Counted from the whole stretch's first letter, positions 1 through 11,795 are shown. The stretch is DNA of 63,498 nucleotides, filler included, from Hyphochytrium catenoides (GCA_900088475.1; 10 parts of 10 records of this genome joined end to end with filler, not necessarily neighbours in it), one strand, 5' to 3'. A program made the numbers and translations. Notes: a model not told the origin generated them from the sequence alone.

Positions 1-1658
1 AGGCTTACAATTGGACTTCGAAACTTCAAGTCCTACTGCTAAGCAGCCGCTGAAGGATGCAGTACCGTGTTGCTGTCGTTTCATGATGTGGCGACGCAAG
101 GTTCATTTTGCTTAAAATAGCGTGTAGTTGCGGTCTAAAGCGCAGTGTTGTGTCATTCACTGATTCCCCTCCCCCTCTTCCATGGTGTCTCTGTGGTATA
201 GGTGCGGGCTCCGATTATTGGCTACAGCCAGCAGCCGCTTTGAGGCGTGGTGGGACAAAAGGGCAGCATACATTACCATTATTCGGGTCTGAGGAATTGC
301 CCTCTCCCAAAATAGGGACTACATGATGATGCAAGTTATTCTGGACGACCTAGTAGTAAGAGAACGGAAAATGTCCAGGAAGAAGGGTATAAGCTGATGG
401 GCTCTTATCACTGATCGTGAGGAATGTCCTCCCTGAGGCAGCTCCTTCTCCCGGCAAACCTGCGTGGGGCCATTGGTCAACCAATCACAATTGATGTCGG
501 GAGAAGCTCAGCTGCTAGCCTCTACTGTGAGTAGCAGCGGCATGCACTGGCGACCAACAAGGATAACTGCATATATAGAGACGGGTTAAGGGATAGACTA
601 ACCATCACTAAGGGACTGATGAGATGACTGGACGTCTTGACTCTCTATTTCAAGGTTGTTATTTTTTGTATAAATGTGATGCTACACCTATCTTGAACGT
701 CTCATTTCTCATGAGTGGTATCACTCTCTCTTCGTTGCTGCTGCAGTCAGTGGTGGGTGGGGTCGCTTATTTTTGTTGATCAGCAGCCTCATTATCGGCT
801 CCTCAGACGAAGGTAGGGGGTCCCTAAGAAATAAGGTTGAAAACCTAGTTGAGAGCGAAATGCGTTTTACACGAGCAGGTGGGTCTCTGCTGAGAGAAGT
901 GCGACACGAAAGCTGCTTCTGTACGCGAAAATTTGTGTGCTGTAGAGAAAACGAGATTGAGTGTCTCCTTTAACTAATAATATCATGCCAGCAAACACGG
1001 GACTCAAGCATCGGGCCTGGCGCACCCATACCGAGCCTAGACTAGCGCATGATGACCCAACCCCATCACCACTGCCTCCCTTTAGAGCAGGGCCAGTAGC
1101 GGTGACAGACAAGGGGCAGCAGGACTCCCCAAAAGGGCGGTGTCAATATATCCTCACTGGTGGAGGCCTCACCACCCATACACCCATCAAGTACAAAAAT
1201 AATAGTATCATGCAGAGGAGGACAAGAAGAGCAAGGCTCAAAAAAGCAGAATGAGCTTAGTGAGGAGACCTGGCGCACGAACTTTATGTGTTGTTGTGTT
1301 TGCTTGTTGGTAGGTTGAGAAGTGATCGGAATGCGTGAAGCGCTGCTTTCGGAGCTCATTGGAGTCGCCCTGAAGTTCTCTATATGTAGACTACGTATGA
1401 GCTATCACTCAACAAGCCTCTTGAACAATGCTAAGTTGCTATTGCTAAGTCACAAGGACAGACGAGAGAAAAAAAACGCTACTATAACTGTGTATGCACA
1501 GGGTATAAGGAGAGAGATAGGAAAAAACGAGGAGGATACAATAACAGAGACGACGATGCGCAGCCTCCTCAGTAGAGCTACATACACCGATAGTCTTGGT
1601 TGGTTTGGCCTAATAAGTGCACTCTCATCTAATGGCAATGTCATTCAACAGGCAGTAC

Positions 1659-1957
1659 TGCTGAAATATGAAACATCTGAGTCTTTACAGGACTAAGATG
1701 TATCAGACCAACTGTCCAAGTTCCACAAGTCCCAAACACCAAGTAGAGGCCAGGAATATGAAGGAAGAAGTGGAGCTCTAATGCTAGCCATGGCTTATAC
1801 CTATATGAAAGAACAGCTACTCCCTATTAGGATAGACCTCAGTAGTATCCGACTTCTTAATCCAATAGGGTGCCCCAGGCTAGAGGCCACCCATTCTGGC
1901 TTATGACCCGAGGTGGAACCTTTATTAAACCTGTCGCCGAACCCCATACATTCTACA
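1659..1957 (+). mobile_element. LTR family B, copy 1 (degenerate)
   Basis: TGCTGAAA...CATTCTACA. Shares blocks (atctgagtc, ggactaag, cagaccaact, tccaagtt, ccatacattc) with 4863-5109 and, inverted, with 2756-3048. No TSD seen. Confidence 0.6.
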
Positions 1958-2755
1958 GGGGATTTTGCCAGGTGGAGCTGGTTGGCTGCTCCAGATGGGA
2001 GACTTGATCTTGACCTTGTCTGGATCGCAATGGTTCAATGGTTGGCTCAGAGGCCACCAGTAGTGGCCCAAGCATACCAGACCGAAGAACCCTACCTGTC
2101 TACTCCATAGAGGTCAACTACCGATACAACCGAGCAAATGTACGACGAACAGCTTGACCTAGCGGCGCCAATCCGCTCGCTTCCCAGACGCCTTCACCGC
2201 ATCTTGGAAGCTGTGCTTGAGAACATAAATGTTCATTGGACAATCATAGCAAAAAGCCTTACAAAGAGGCGGAGGAGGTAAATGAGAGACTTGTCCGACC
2301 TTAATGAAACACCTCTCAAACCCAGCGAGGCTTTTGTTTCGACAAACTTGAGCGGCTCCGGAAACTTGGGGACAAGAGAAGCTACTCGGACGCAGCGGTC
2401 AAAAGGAGATTATAACTTTTGCATATTATTGCAGTGACGAGATGAGCCCGAAAGACGTTGCGGTCAAGTACCGCATTCCGGAAAGACGTTTGCCTCTTCT
2501 CTTTGCGTGCCAGAAGAAGCTAGTTTTGAGGATGAATATAAATCTGGCGAGTGTAACGCCCCAGCGGCTGACTGCTAAAAGCGCGGCCTTATGCTGTCTC
2601 ACTTCTAACTTGAAGCCGAATATCTCAGCATCGATGGAGTGGAACCTTCGGCATGAAGGTTTGAACGGTTCTCTGCATGAGTAGAAGAACGTATCGAGCG
2701 TATGGGACTGGTCATTCCCTTCACTTCAAAACAGCGTCCGAAAAAGCGGCCATAT

Positions 2756-3048
2756 TTATGAATGTATGGGATTCAGGGACGATTATATCATGAGTTTCTG
2801 CTCGGCTTATAAACCAGAAAGGCTAGTCTCTAGATTGTGGGAACCTATTGAATTTAGGATCCTGAATACTACTGATATGTATTTTTAATAGGAGTACCTG
2901 TTCTTTCCTAGTATAAAGTATAGCTAACATTAGAGTCCACTTCTTCCTTCATATCTCTGCTTCTACTTGAAGGAGTTTGGGACTGTAACTTGGACAGTTG
3001 GTCTGGTACATCTTAGTCCTATAAAATACGACTCAGATAGTCCGTACT
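2756..3048 (-). mobile_element. LTR family B, copy 2 (inverted, truncated)
   Basis: Reverse complement matches the copies at 1659-1957 and 4863-5109 (ttggacagttggtctggtacatcttagtcc...actcagatagtcc). Confidence 0.6.
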
Positions 3049-3068
3049 GTACAGTTGTAACAATGTTT

Positions 3069-3412
3069 TGTTGAGTGCTATAATGTTCGTCGTCAGTAAT
3101 ACAGTAGTCACTCTCCATACACACCTAGCTCTCGGGGACATAGACGTTACGGGTACAACTGTGTTATGGGAAAGAGAGAAGATGTGAGAAGAATTCCAGA
3201 AGGACGCCGGAGGAGCACAGGAGAGAGAGATGAGGAGGGAAGCTGGGCCGAGCAAATATCTTGAAAGCAGGCCAGACAGACCTCATGACTCAGTCATTCA
3301 GAGAATCTCAATCATATATCATTACCCGTCCCTTTGTTATCTTTTCATCTAGATTGTCCTCATACTACAGAAGCTTCAGGAGGCATTGCCACCAGCTCTT
3401 TAAACTTCAGCT
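3069..3412. mobile_element. LTR family C copy, inverted relative to 9993-10226 and 61146-61417
   Basis: Reverse complement of the shared ttgctcggcccagcttccctc and ggcaatgcc...gaagcttctgt blocks. Carries an extra internal segment of about 65 bp. Confidence 0.65.
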
Positions 3413-4090
3413 CGCAATGGATCTTTAGGATCAAGTCGAGAATGGTTGCGCTTGGCAATCGACAGAAGCAAAAGGTATTGACTTTAGTGAGGTCTTTGAG
3501 AGGACACGACAGTGTACCCTAGCTGCTGTCTGTCTTCTCTCCTCGCTCGCCGCCACGCTGGACCTTGAAGTGCATCGCGTCGAAAGCAAGACCGGGTTTT
3601 GAATGATAAACTTTGACCGTTGGTTTGTGTTTTGGAAACTAGAATACTGAAAAGTTTTCGGACAAGCTGGGAATCGAACCACGGTCATCCTGTCAGCAAT
3701 GCCAGCACGCTACGGTGTGCACCATTGCACTACATCCCCAATTACTCGGTGATCTAGTTGGGTTCTTATAGCCGTCTGTGGTTATTAGCCGTTACAACCT
3801 CAGACTAGGAGTTCAGCATTTGGTATTTATATGCGGAATATGCTGAATCTTAAATTAGCCAATGCACATATTCCAACCGGTTCCTGAGCGGCACTTAGAC
3901 GAGGAGATGATGTACATGCGGCAAACACCCGGCATTGCAGTCCTTGGACAAGAAGATCATGTCTGGGAGCTGAAGAAGTCGATATATGTATGTCGATGTC
4001 AAGCACTGACTGTCCACGACAAGGGCAACCGCAAGGTGCTAAGGATTGATTACTGTCCGTCCAAGAATATGACCGCAGATATCCTTGTTG
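3413..4090 (+). pseudogene. Decayed, internally deleted Ty1/Copia pol (RT and RNase H fragments)
   Basis: Fragments across frames: WIFRIK-SRMVALGNRQKQ-GIDFSEVF; LAATLDLEVHRV; LDEEMMYMRQTPG...EDHVWELKKSIY; IDYCPSKNMTADIL. Frameshifted and interrupted at about 3606-3870. Confidence 0.75.
3659..3739 (-). pseudogene. Decayed tRNA-Ala(AGC)-like sequence (tRNA pseudogene or SINE head)
   Basis: Minus strand reads GGGGATG TA GTGC AATGGT GCAC ... TAGC ... GGTTCGATTCCC AGCTTGTCC. A box, B box and D stem are intact; acceptor, anticodon and T stems are mismatched. Confidence 0.55.
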
Positions 4091-4862
4091 AGAGCCAGTC
4101 CGGTCACGACGTACCAAGCGGCGCGCTAACAGAGGAACTTACGAGGAACAGCGGTTAAGCTGATCACCTCACAGACAGGTCAAAGAGCTAATACAGCGGT
4201 AAAGCTGTTATGAAGGTCCGTTCAGCTAAAGACGCTTTAGCAGGTTGGCTGGCTGATTTTTCTGGTTCTTGTCACCACTGACAAGTCGGCAAAGAGCTCG
4301 GCTCATCTTAACTCTAGAAGCTATCGGCTCTTCTGCTCTACCCTAACTTTGACTATGAGCTATACTACCTTCTACTCTAGTGTCTTCCTTACAGAGCCGT
4401 AACGTTACGACTCTAATCTTCTCACTACTAAGATAAACTATAGCTAAGCTACCCTTTACGACCAGAAGATCAAAGGCGCGTGCCTGGTGACGCTTCTTCT
4501 GACCGGTCCAACTCTACTTTCTACTTCTACCGAAACATGCTACTAGCCTTACTCTTGCTACGTATTTAAGGGTCTAAGGTTTGACTCTCTGAAAGCGCAA
4601 CTCAATACTTTTCCCTCTAAGTCTAGAACTCTTCCTTTCCTAAGAAGCCTAGATAAGACCAAAGTAAAAGAACAACCACAAAGAGTCAGATGAAAGAACG
4701 TGAGAGAAAAGTTTGATCCTCAACAATCCTTACACTACCCGTTTCATTGTTCCAAGTACTTACTCCCTCAGCTACGGATAGTGCCCAACATACCTGATAG
4801 TTATCCTCTCACTAAGGAACTCTCAACCTCGCTTACCTGCTGACAGTTGAACTGCGGGGAGG

Positions 4863-5109
4863 GTTGAAGTATGGACTATCTGAGTCTTACTGTATCGGAC
4901 TAAGCCGTACCAGACCAACTATCCAAGTTACAGTCTCAAACTCCTAGATGCTAGATGCTACAGAACGCTACACCTATAAGGATTTAAGCTCAGTAGTATT
5001 GAGAAATCTTATCCCAAGAGATCCCACAGCTAAGACTACCCATTCTGACATCTAGGCCGAGGAGGACCTTTTTATAGATATAATCGTCTCCGAACCCATA
5101 CATTCAACA
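4863..5109 (+). mobile_element. LTR family B, copy 3 (3' LTR preceded by PPT)
   Basis: GCGGGGAGG polypurine tract at 4854-4862, then (T)GTTGAAG...CATTCAACA. Upstream ctaaggaactctcaacctcgc resembles the 3' internal region of family A. Confidence 0.6.
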
Positions 5110-5614
5110 TGACGAGACGATTGTTGATCGGCAGAGAATAGACGGCAGACCTTATCAAGTCAAAAACAGTCACATAACATCATCGTCACCAAGTCGACTT
5201 GTTACCTGTTCATCAAGCTTATTAGGCAAAGACAGAGCTTTAGACATTGATATCTATGTCTTCGGTAGAAAGCCATCAGATAACTCCTCCTTGTAATCCT
5301 ACTTTTTTACCTGCTTCTGCTTCACGTTTACTCTTCAGCGGGAACAGTATCCTAGCAGCTCGGGCAGCGGAAAAGTAGCGCGACTGCGTCTAGCTCGACT
5401 TTAGTACTTTGCTCGAAGGTGAATTAGTAGGAGTGATTGCTGAAATTTCGCCCACAGAGAATTCAGCACAAACAAATGGACTTTTCGTGTCTGAACAAAA
5501 TTTCACTGTTTGTATTCTCTCTAATCGCTGCAGTGGCGCGGTTCACTTTTTGCGTCTGGGTACTTGTTTCTGTAGTGTAATTATAAAAGAAGGGGTCAGG
5601 GCAGCAGAAGTTAA

Positions 5615-7031
5615 TGTTGGTTTCGTATGGGATGATTAGACAATGTCATTAGATGAGAGTGCTCTACCTATAAGTCCGACTGGGGTCCTACAACCTAGAG
5701 CTATTCTGACTATGCCAACTATTCCGAACAAAGTCTAAGATATGGAGTTATAGAGATATCCCTGTCTAGAATAGTCAGTCTTGAAGGTATTCTGGGGTAC
5801 TGACCATAAGCCATAGATATAAACAGGGACATTTCGTTTGCGTCATATCTCGGCTTCTACTGGGAGTTTAGAGCTGAAACTTGGGTAGTTAGGCTTGCCA
5901 GCTTGTAGTCCACATAGCTGTGCCCCCAGACTCCAACACCTCCCCGCAGCTCAAACTCTCTATTATGAAGGGTCGAAGCTGAACATTCAACACCTCCCCG
6001 CATGCTGTAGACCCGCTAGAAAGAGATTATTTGGTTCCTGGGTTTCCATTACACACGTTTTTCACTACAAGCTGTGCCCTCAGACTCCAACAACCCCTGC
6101 AGCTCGAACTCCTTATTATGAAGGGTCGAAGCTGAACATTCAACACCTCCCCGCATGCTGTAGACCCGATAGAAGAAAGAGATTACTTGGTTCTTGGGTT
6201 TCCATTGCACACATTTTTCGATGTACGATGAACAGCGAGGTGGCGAGATGTTGTTTCCTTAGCTTCTTTGATAAACGCGTCGAGATCTCCAGAAAATTCT
6301 ACATTGTCTGTTTGCTTCAGTGCTAGGTAGAAAGTGTGGAGAATATTGTTATCAGCGTCAAGCTTTTCTTGATTCGACGCCTGCGTAATGATCAATTGTC
6401 CTTCATTTGGATCCTTGGGACCTTTCTGTTGGTTGACTCCTCTCCATGGTTCCTCTTTCGGAAAGAGATAGTTTAGCTGGTTGTTGAGATGTTTCTTTAG
6501 TGATTGGCTGGTTGTGTTCTTCAATTTTTCTCAGTATTGCCTTGACTGCTTCACGATAAGAAGTCTTCGTTATTGCACAGTGGAGCTCGTTGGCTGCTCC
6601 AGGGGCCGACTTGATCTTGGTCTCGGTCGGGATTGCAATGGTCCAGTGGTTGGCTCAGAGGCCTCAGAACACGTTTCCGAATCCTGGGGGACGCGTGGGT
6701 CCATAACCTGTTGGTTTTGTATGGGATGATTGGACACTGTCATTAGATCAGAGTGCTCTACTTATAAGCCCAACTAGGGTCCCACAATCTAGAGCTATTC
6801 TGACTATGCCAACTATTCCGAAAAAGTCTAAGATATGGAGTTATAGAGATATCCCTGTCTAGAATAGTCAGTCTTGAAGGTATTGTGAGGTACTGACCAC
6901 AAGCCATAGATGTAAACAGGGACATTTCGTTTGCTTCATATCTCGGCTTCTACTGGGAGTTTAGAGCTGAAACTTGGGTAGTTAAGCTTGCCAGCTTGTA
7001 GTCCACATAGCTGTGCCCTCAAACTCCAACA
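5615..7031 (-). mobile_element. Complete non-autonomous Copia-derived LTR element (family A), 1417 bp
   Basis: LTRs 5615-5938 and 6709-7031 (TGTTGG...CCAACA). Near-TSD GTTAA/GTAAA. Minus-strand PBS GGTTATGGACCC (6708-6697) and PPT GCGGGGAGG abutting 5938. No pol. Internal tandem duplication of about 153 bp (about 5916-6062 / 6070-6218). Confidence 0.9.
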
Positions 7032-7208
7032 GTAAAAGGGCCTTTAGGAGCGCAAATCGAATTTGTAACGCGAGACGTATTACTAACTGTAGAACCGGGA
7101 CACATCGCATGCGTCCTGCGATCTTGAACCCAGGTTCAGAACAAAAACTTTTTTGTTGGTTCTAAAATCATAATAGCTGAGACGCCTCAACCTAACCTTC
7201 GGTATTAG

Positions 7209-9992
7209 GTCCAGTGGACAAACTACTCAATCACTGGAGCTTGTACACAGCGACGTTGGGGTTGTCAATGTGCCCAGCTTGGAAGGTTATCGCTACTAGG
7301 TTGTGTTTGTCGATGACTACTCTCGCAGAGTCTTCTTTTACTGTTTGAAGACGAAGGTGAAGTTATGGCAGCGCTGCGAACGTTCGTCCAGATGGCTGAA
7401 ACACAGACTGGTCTACGCCTAAAGCGACTTCAAACTGGTTTGCGACTGAAGAAACTTCGGAGTGACAGAGGCGGTGAGTACTGCTCCGCGGAGATGATGA
7501 AGACTTTCTGTGAGGAGAGGGGAGTCATTCATGAGCTTTCAGCCCCATATTCTCCGTCACAAAATGGTGTAGCAGAGCGCAGACAGCGAACTCTGGTGGA
7601 ATCAGCCCGACGCATGCTCCTCGCTGAGGACTTCCGCACAACTTGTGGGCGGAAGAAGCACTAAAAACGGCAGTCCACATCAGCAACAAGACCCCTACAT
7701 CTGCTTTAGATGGACTGACACCGCATGAGAAGTGTTATGGTAGCCCGCCAGATATTGGATATCTTCGCGTTTTCGGCTGTGTCTCGTTTGGTCTTGTCCC
7801 AAAGCGGGATCGCCGCAAGCTGGATCCGAAGGCGAAGAAATACCCTCTCGTGGGTTATGGTTCTCACTCAAAAGTATATCGACTAGACGATTTTGGGACT
7901 CAGACCGTCATCGAGCGTCGAGATGTTGTCTTTGATGATGAAGCAACCGCAGCAAGTTTGACGGATCACGCTGGGTCTACTGAGAGCGACTCAGTGCTGT
8001 ATGATATTTTTGAGAAGCTTGGGGAGAACTCTGACAACCCCGACCCAAATGATATCCCAGGGAATACCGTGGGGAATCAGTCCCAGGAAGAAGATCCCAA
8101 AATTCATTCTTCCTTAGGAACGCACCGAGCAAGTGATCAAGTCCAAGACTCCGAACGCAGTGATTATTCAAACAGTGAACAGTAGTCTGAAGACTCGGAT
8201 GACCAATCCTCGGAAGCATCGGAGGAGGCATCAGACCCTGCAACCGCAGCAGACGCAGATACAAGCTTGGAAGTCGACGAGTATGAGGACTCTGGTGAAA
8301 CACCTGATCTCAGCTCTGTATCCCACTCGTCCTTGGCACAGAGGTACTCCCAGTAGGACTCGCTCTGGATGCGACCGGGAAGTCTCAATCTGTTGGACGC
8401 TCAGGAACCATCGACTTCAGAGGACGCGTTGGCCTCTCCTCAGGCAGTGGAGTGGCAAGAGGCAATCTCCAGCGAGCTACACTCCATGGAGCAGCACGGG
8501 GTGCGGGAACTGGTTCCCCGCCGTCCTGGAGCTAACATCGTAGGATGCCGCTGGGTCTTTAAGGTCAAGATCCTGTTAGGACTGTGAGTTGTATCCGGTA
8601 TATAGTCCCTGGTCACTCCAGTCTAGTATGGATATTTGGTGCAATGTCTTTGTGGTAGCACGCTTGGTTGATCATTCATGAGATCCAGGTTCAAGTCCTG
8701 GAATATCCTTTACTTTTCCACTGTAGTCTCATAGCGATTTCCTTTCATGGAGGATATTCCACGGCTACGGCTTGGCCCAGTTAGTTGGCCTAAGGACTCA
8801 CTGTCCTGCCGTACCAATTAGCGATTAGAGTCCCTTATCTACCTAATGACTGTTGGTTAATCCGCCTATGTCCGGAATCCGAATGGGCCACAGTCCTGAT
8901 GGGGAACTTAAGGAGCTCAGTTACTCATTTCGGAGTCTGAGTTGCTCCTTGACTTCAGTGGGAGTGTTAGGACTGTGAGTTGTATCCGGTATATAGTCCC
9001 TGGTCACTCCAGTCTAGTATGGATATTTGGTGCAATGTCTTTGTGGTAGCACGCTTGGTTGATCATTCATGAGATCCAGGTTCAAGTCCTGGAATATCCT
9101 TTACCTTTCCACTGTACTCTAATAGCGATTTCCTTTCAGATCCACCCTGATGGGACCGTAGAGAGGTACAAGGCAAGATTAGAGCACAAGGTTTCCGGCA
9201 GAAGGAGGGAATCGATTATCAAAAAGTTTTTGCTCCGACTATTGGACATGAGTCCATTCGGTGCATCTTGTCATCATTGGCGGCATCTTTCGACATGGAG
9301 ATTCATCATATGGATATCAAGACTGCTTTCTTGCACGGGGAGCTGGAAGAAACGGTGTATATGAACCGCCTCCGGGATTCGCCCGTGCTGGTTCTCAAGA
9401 TCATGTCTGCAAGCTGAAGAGGAGCATCTACGGACTGGAGAAGAGTCCACGACAGTGGAACAGGTGATTGATGAGTACCTGAAGAAGCATGGATTCCATC
9501 CCAGCATATGTGAGTCTTGCGTGTACATCCGAAACCGCACTGAGACAGACTCCAAGCTGCCAGAGCTCATCACTCTATCTGTAGACGACTTGCTTTTGAT
9601 CGGAGAGTCAGCGGATTTAGTGAAAGGCATGAAGAAGATGCTCTCGGATAGGTTCGAGGTCACGGACCTTGGAGAGCTCAACTATTTCCTCGAGATCAAG
9701 GTACGTCGGGACAGGACAGCAAGGACCATCACACTGTCGCAGCCTAAGTACATCAACAGCGTCCTAGAGAGGTTCAACATGGCTGACTGTCATCCAAGTC
9801 CGCTGCCAGTAGCCCCAAAGTCATACCTAACAAGGGGACGAGACATTCCAGTTACGCCGCAGACTCAAGAGCTCCTGAGCCAGATACCATATCGGGAAGC
9901 TGTAGGGTGCCTTATGTACCTTATGATCACCACCAGGCCCGACATTGGTTTGGCAGTACAATCCGTGAGCCAGCACAAATCAACGCCAAGAG
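7209..9992 (+). pseudogene. Ty1/Copia pol remnant (integrase then reverse transcriptase)
   Basis: Integrase: LELVHSDV..VFVDDYSR, LRSDRGGEY, PYSPSQNGVAERRQRTL, LRVFGC..KLDPK. RT: WVFKVK/IHPDGTVERYKARL, MDIKTAFLHGELEE, LKRSIYGL, LSVDDLL, YREAVGCLMYLM..TRPDI. Stops and frameshifts present; IN-before-RT order defines Copia. Confidence 0.95.
8574..9138 (+). mobile_element. TRIM (terminal-repeat retrotransposon in miniature), 565 bp
   Basis: 174-bp LTRs 8574-8747 and 8965-9138 (TG...CA, 3 mismatches by eye). Perfect TSD GATCC (8569-8573 / 9139-9143). 217-bp non-coding interior starts TGG (putative PBS) and ends AGTGGGAG (PPT-like). Excision restores the RT frame WVFKVKIHPDGTVERYKARL. Confidence 0.95.
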
Positions 9993-10226
9993 TGATGAAC
10001 TTTACAGAGCTAGGTGGCAATGCCTGAAGCTTCTGTATGAGCACACTCTAGATGAAACGATAACAAAGGGACTTGGTATTGATGTGTGATGGAGATTTCT
10101 CGGAATCATCACTCAGTCCTGAGAGCCTGGTCTGGACTCGAGATCTTTTGCTCGGCCCAGCTTCCCTCATCATCTCCCTCTCCTGTGCTGCTCCTGTGTT
10201 CTTCTGGAAATTCTTCTCACATCCCT
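9993..10226. mobile_element. LTR family C copy, cut by contig end
   Basis: Starts TGATGAAC exactly where RT similarity stops; colinear with 61146-61380. Confidence 0.75.
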
Positions 10227-10326
10227 NNNNNNNNNNNNNNNNNNNNNNNNNNNNNNNNNNNNNNNNNNNNTTAATTAATTAANNNNNNNNNNNNNNNNNN
10301 NNNNNNNNNNNNNNNNNNNNNNNNNN
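10227..10326. other. Artificial contig spacer, first of nine (others start at 12093, 42484, 45585, 48754, 53080, 55061, 57330, 60711)
   Basis: Identical 44N-TTAATTAATTAA-44N, 100 bp each, with stop codons in all six frames. Confidence 0.97.
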
Positions 10327-11719
10327 CTACCGCCAGGGAAAGAGAAGAACCTCTTTGAATACTTGCAGGTGAGTCCTCTCTCTCTCTCTCTCTCCTTACT
10401 CTCTCTCTCTCTCTCTCTCTCCTCTCACTCCCTGTCGCTTACTTTTGCCATTCTCTCTCTCCTCTTTGTCTATGCTTCTCTCTCTTTTTGCGTCTTTTCT
10501 CTTTTTTATGTTTTCTCTTTTTGGCGGGAGTATCCCCTGTTTTGCAGAAGAATTTTTCTCTTTCACATAGTAGGAAGAGAGTATTCTCTCACTCGTTCTC
10601 TCTCTCGTTGTCTCTCCTCCCTGCTCTGCCTGGCCTGTAATTCGCATTCTGTTTCCCTCTTAACCTCTATTTCTGCCCGCTTCTTTCTCTCTCTCTCTCT
10701 CTCTTTCTCGCCCACTCTTTCTCTCTCCTTCTCTCCCTTTTCTATCTCTCCTCCCTTTCTCACTTCCTTTCTTCTTTTTCTTTTCTCTCTCCCTCTCTCT
10801 CTCTCCCTTTTCCTCTCCCTCTCTTTTTCTCTCTCTCTCTCCCTCTTTCCTCTCTTTCTTGTTCTCTCTCTCTCTCTTTGTCTCTGTTAGGAGAATCTGG
10901 AAAAGAATGTGGAGCATCTCTCAGAGTTGAGTGAGAAGCCAATCGAGGCGCTGGACCGCGCGGAGCTGATCAACTACACCAGAGTCACAGAGAGATTCTT
11001 AGGCAACCTCCTCAATGGTTAGCCAGGCTCTCTCNNNNNNNNNNNNNNNNNNNNNNNNNNNNCTCTCTCTCTCTCTCTCTCTCTCTGTGTTTTGTCCTCT
11101 TTCTCTCTCTCTCGCTCTCCGTCTCTCTCTCTTTCGATTCTCTTTCTCCACCTCTTTTCGGTCTCTTTCTCTCACTCTTTCTCATTCTCGCTTTCTTTCT
11201 CTCGCCTTCGTTCTTTCTTTGTCTCTCGCTGTCTTTTTTCCTTCCTTTTTGCTTTCTCCCTTTTTTTCTTCTCCTGCTGTTTCTCTCAATTCTCTGTCTT
11301 TCGCCCACCTTCTCGAGCGGCCTTCTTTGCTCTATTTTTCTTTTGTCATAATCTGTCTCTCTCTCTCTCTCTCTCTGATAATGCGTTTTGCCTTTGGCTC
11401 TTCTCTCTCCCACGTTTGCTGTCTCTCTTCCCTTGTCCTCATGTCCCTCTCGTGTCGTCTCTCTTTTCTCTCTCTCTCTTTTTTGGCCCTCTCGCTCTCC
11501 CTTTTCTATCGCATTTTCACTCTTCTCTCTCTCAGAATGTGTTCCTCCCCATCAATTGCTTGAAGGACTCACTTTCTCTCTCTCTCTCTTCTCACTCCCT
11601 TTTCTCTCCTTCTTTTCTCTCTTCTCTTCCCTCTCTCTCTTTTCCTCTCTTCTATCATTTTATCTGCAGGAGTGGAAGAAGGTCTTACATCCACAGCAGG
11701 ACTGCAAATGGAGATGTGA
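10327..11719 (+). CDS. Ariadne-family RBR E3 ubiquitin ligase, C-terminal exons (5' partial)
   Basis: Exons 10327-10368, 10891-11017, 11670-11719 (GT-AG) give LPPGKEKNLFEYLQ-ENLEKNVEHLSELSEKPIEALDRAELINYTRVTERFLGNLLNG-VEEGLTSTAGLQMEM*, resembling the Ariadne domain end (FEYLQ...VT..F..NL...E.GL). Confidence 0.8.
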
Positions 11720-11755
11720 GATATAGGGGGAGAGAGAGAGGGAGAGAGAGAGAGA

Positions 11756-11795
<40 letters not shown>

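Noticed and set aside
1313-1650. Solo LTR related to family A
   Set aside because: The 3' end resembles family A and ends CAACA, but the 5' boundary and TSD are ambiguous.
10271-10282. Recurrent TTAATTAATTAA palindrome as a biological repeat or transposon target
   Set aside because: Always centred in identical N runs; it is an assembly linker.
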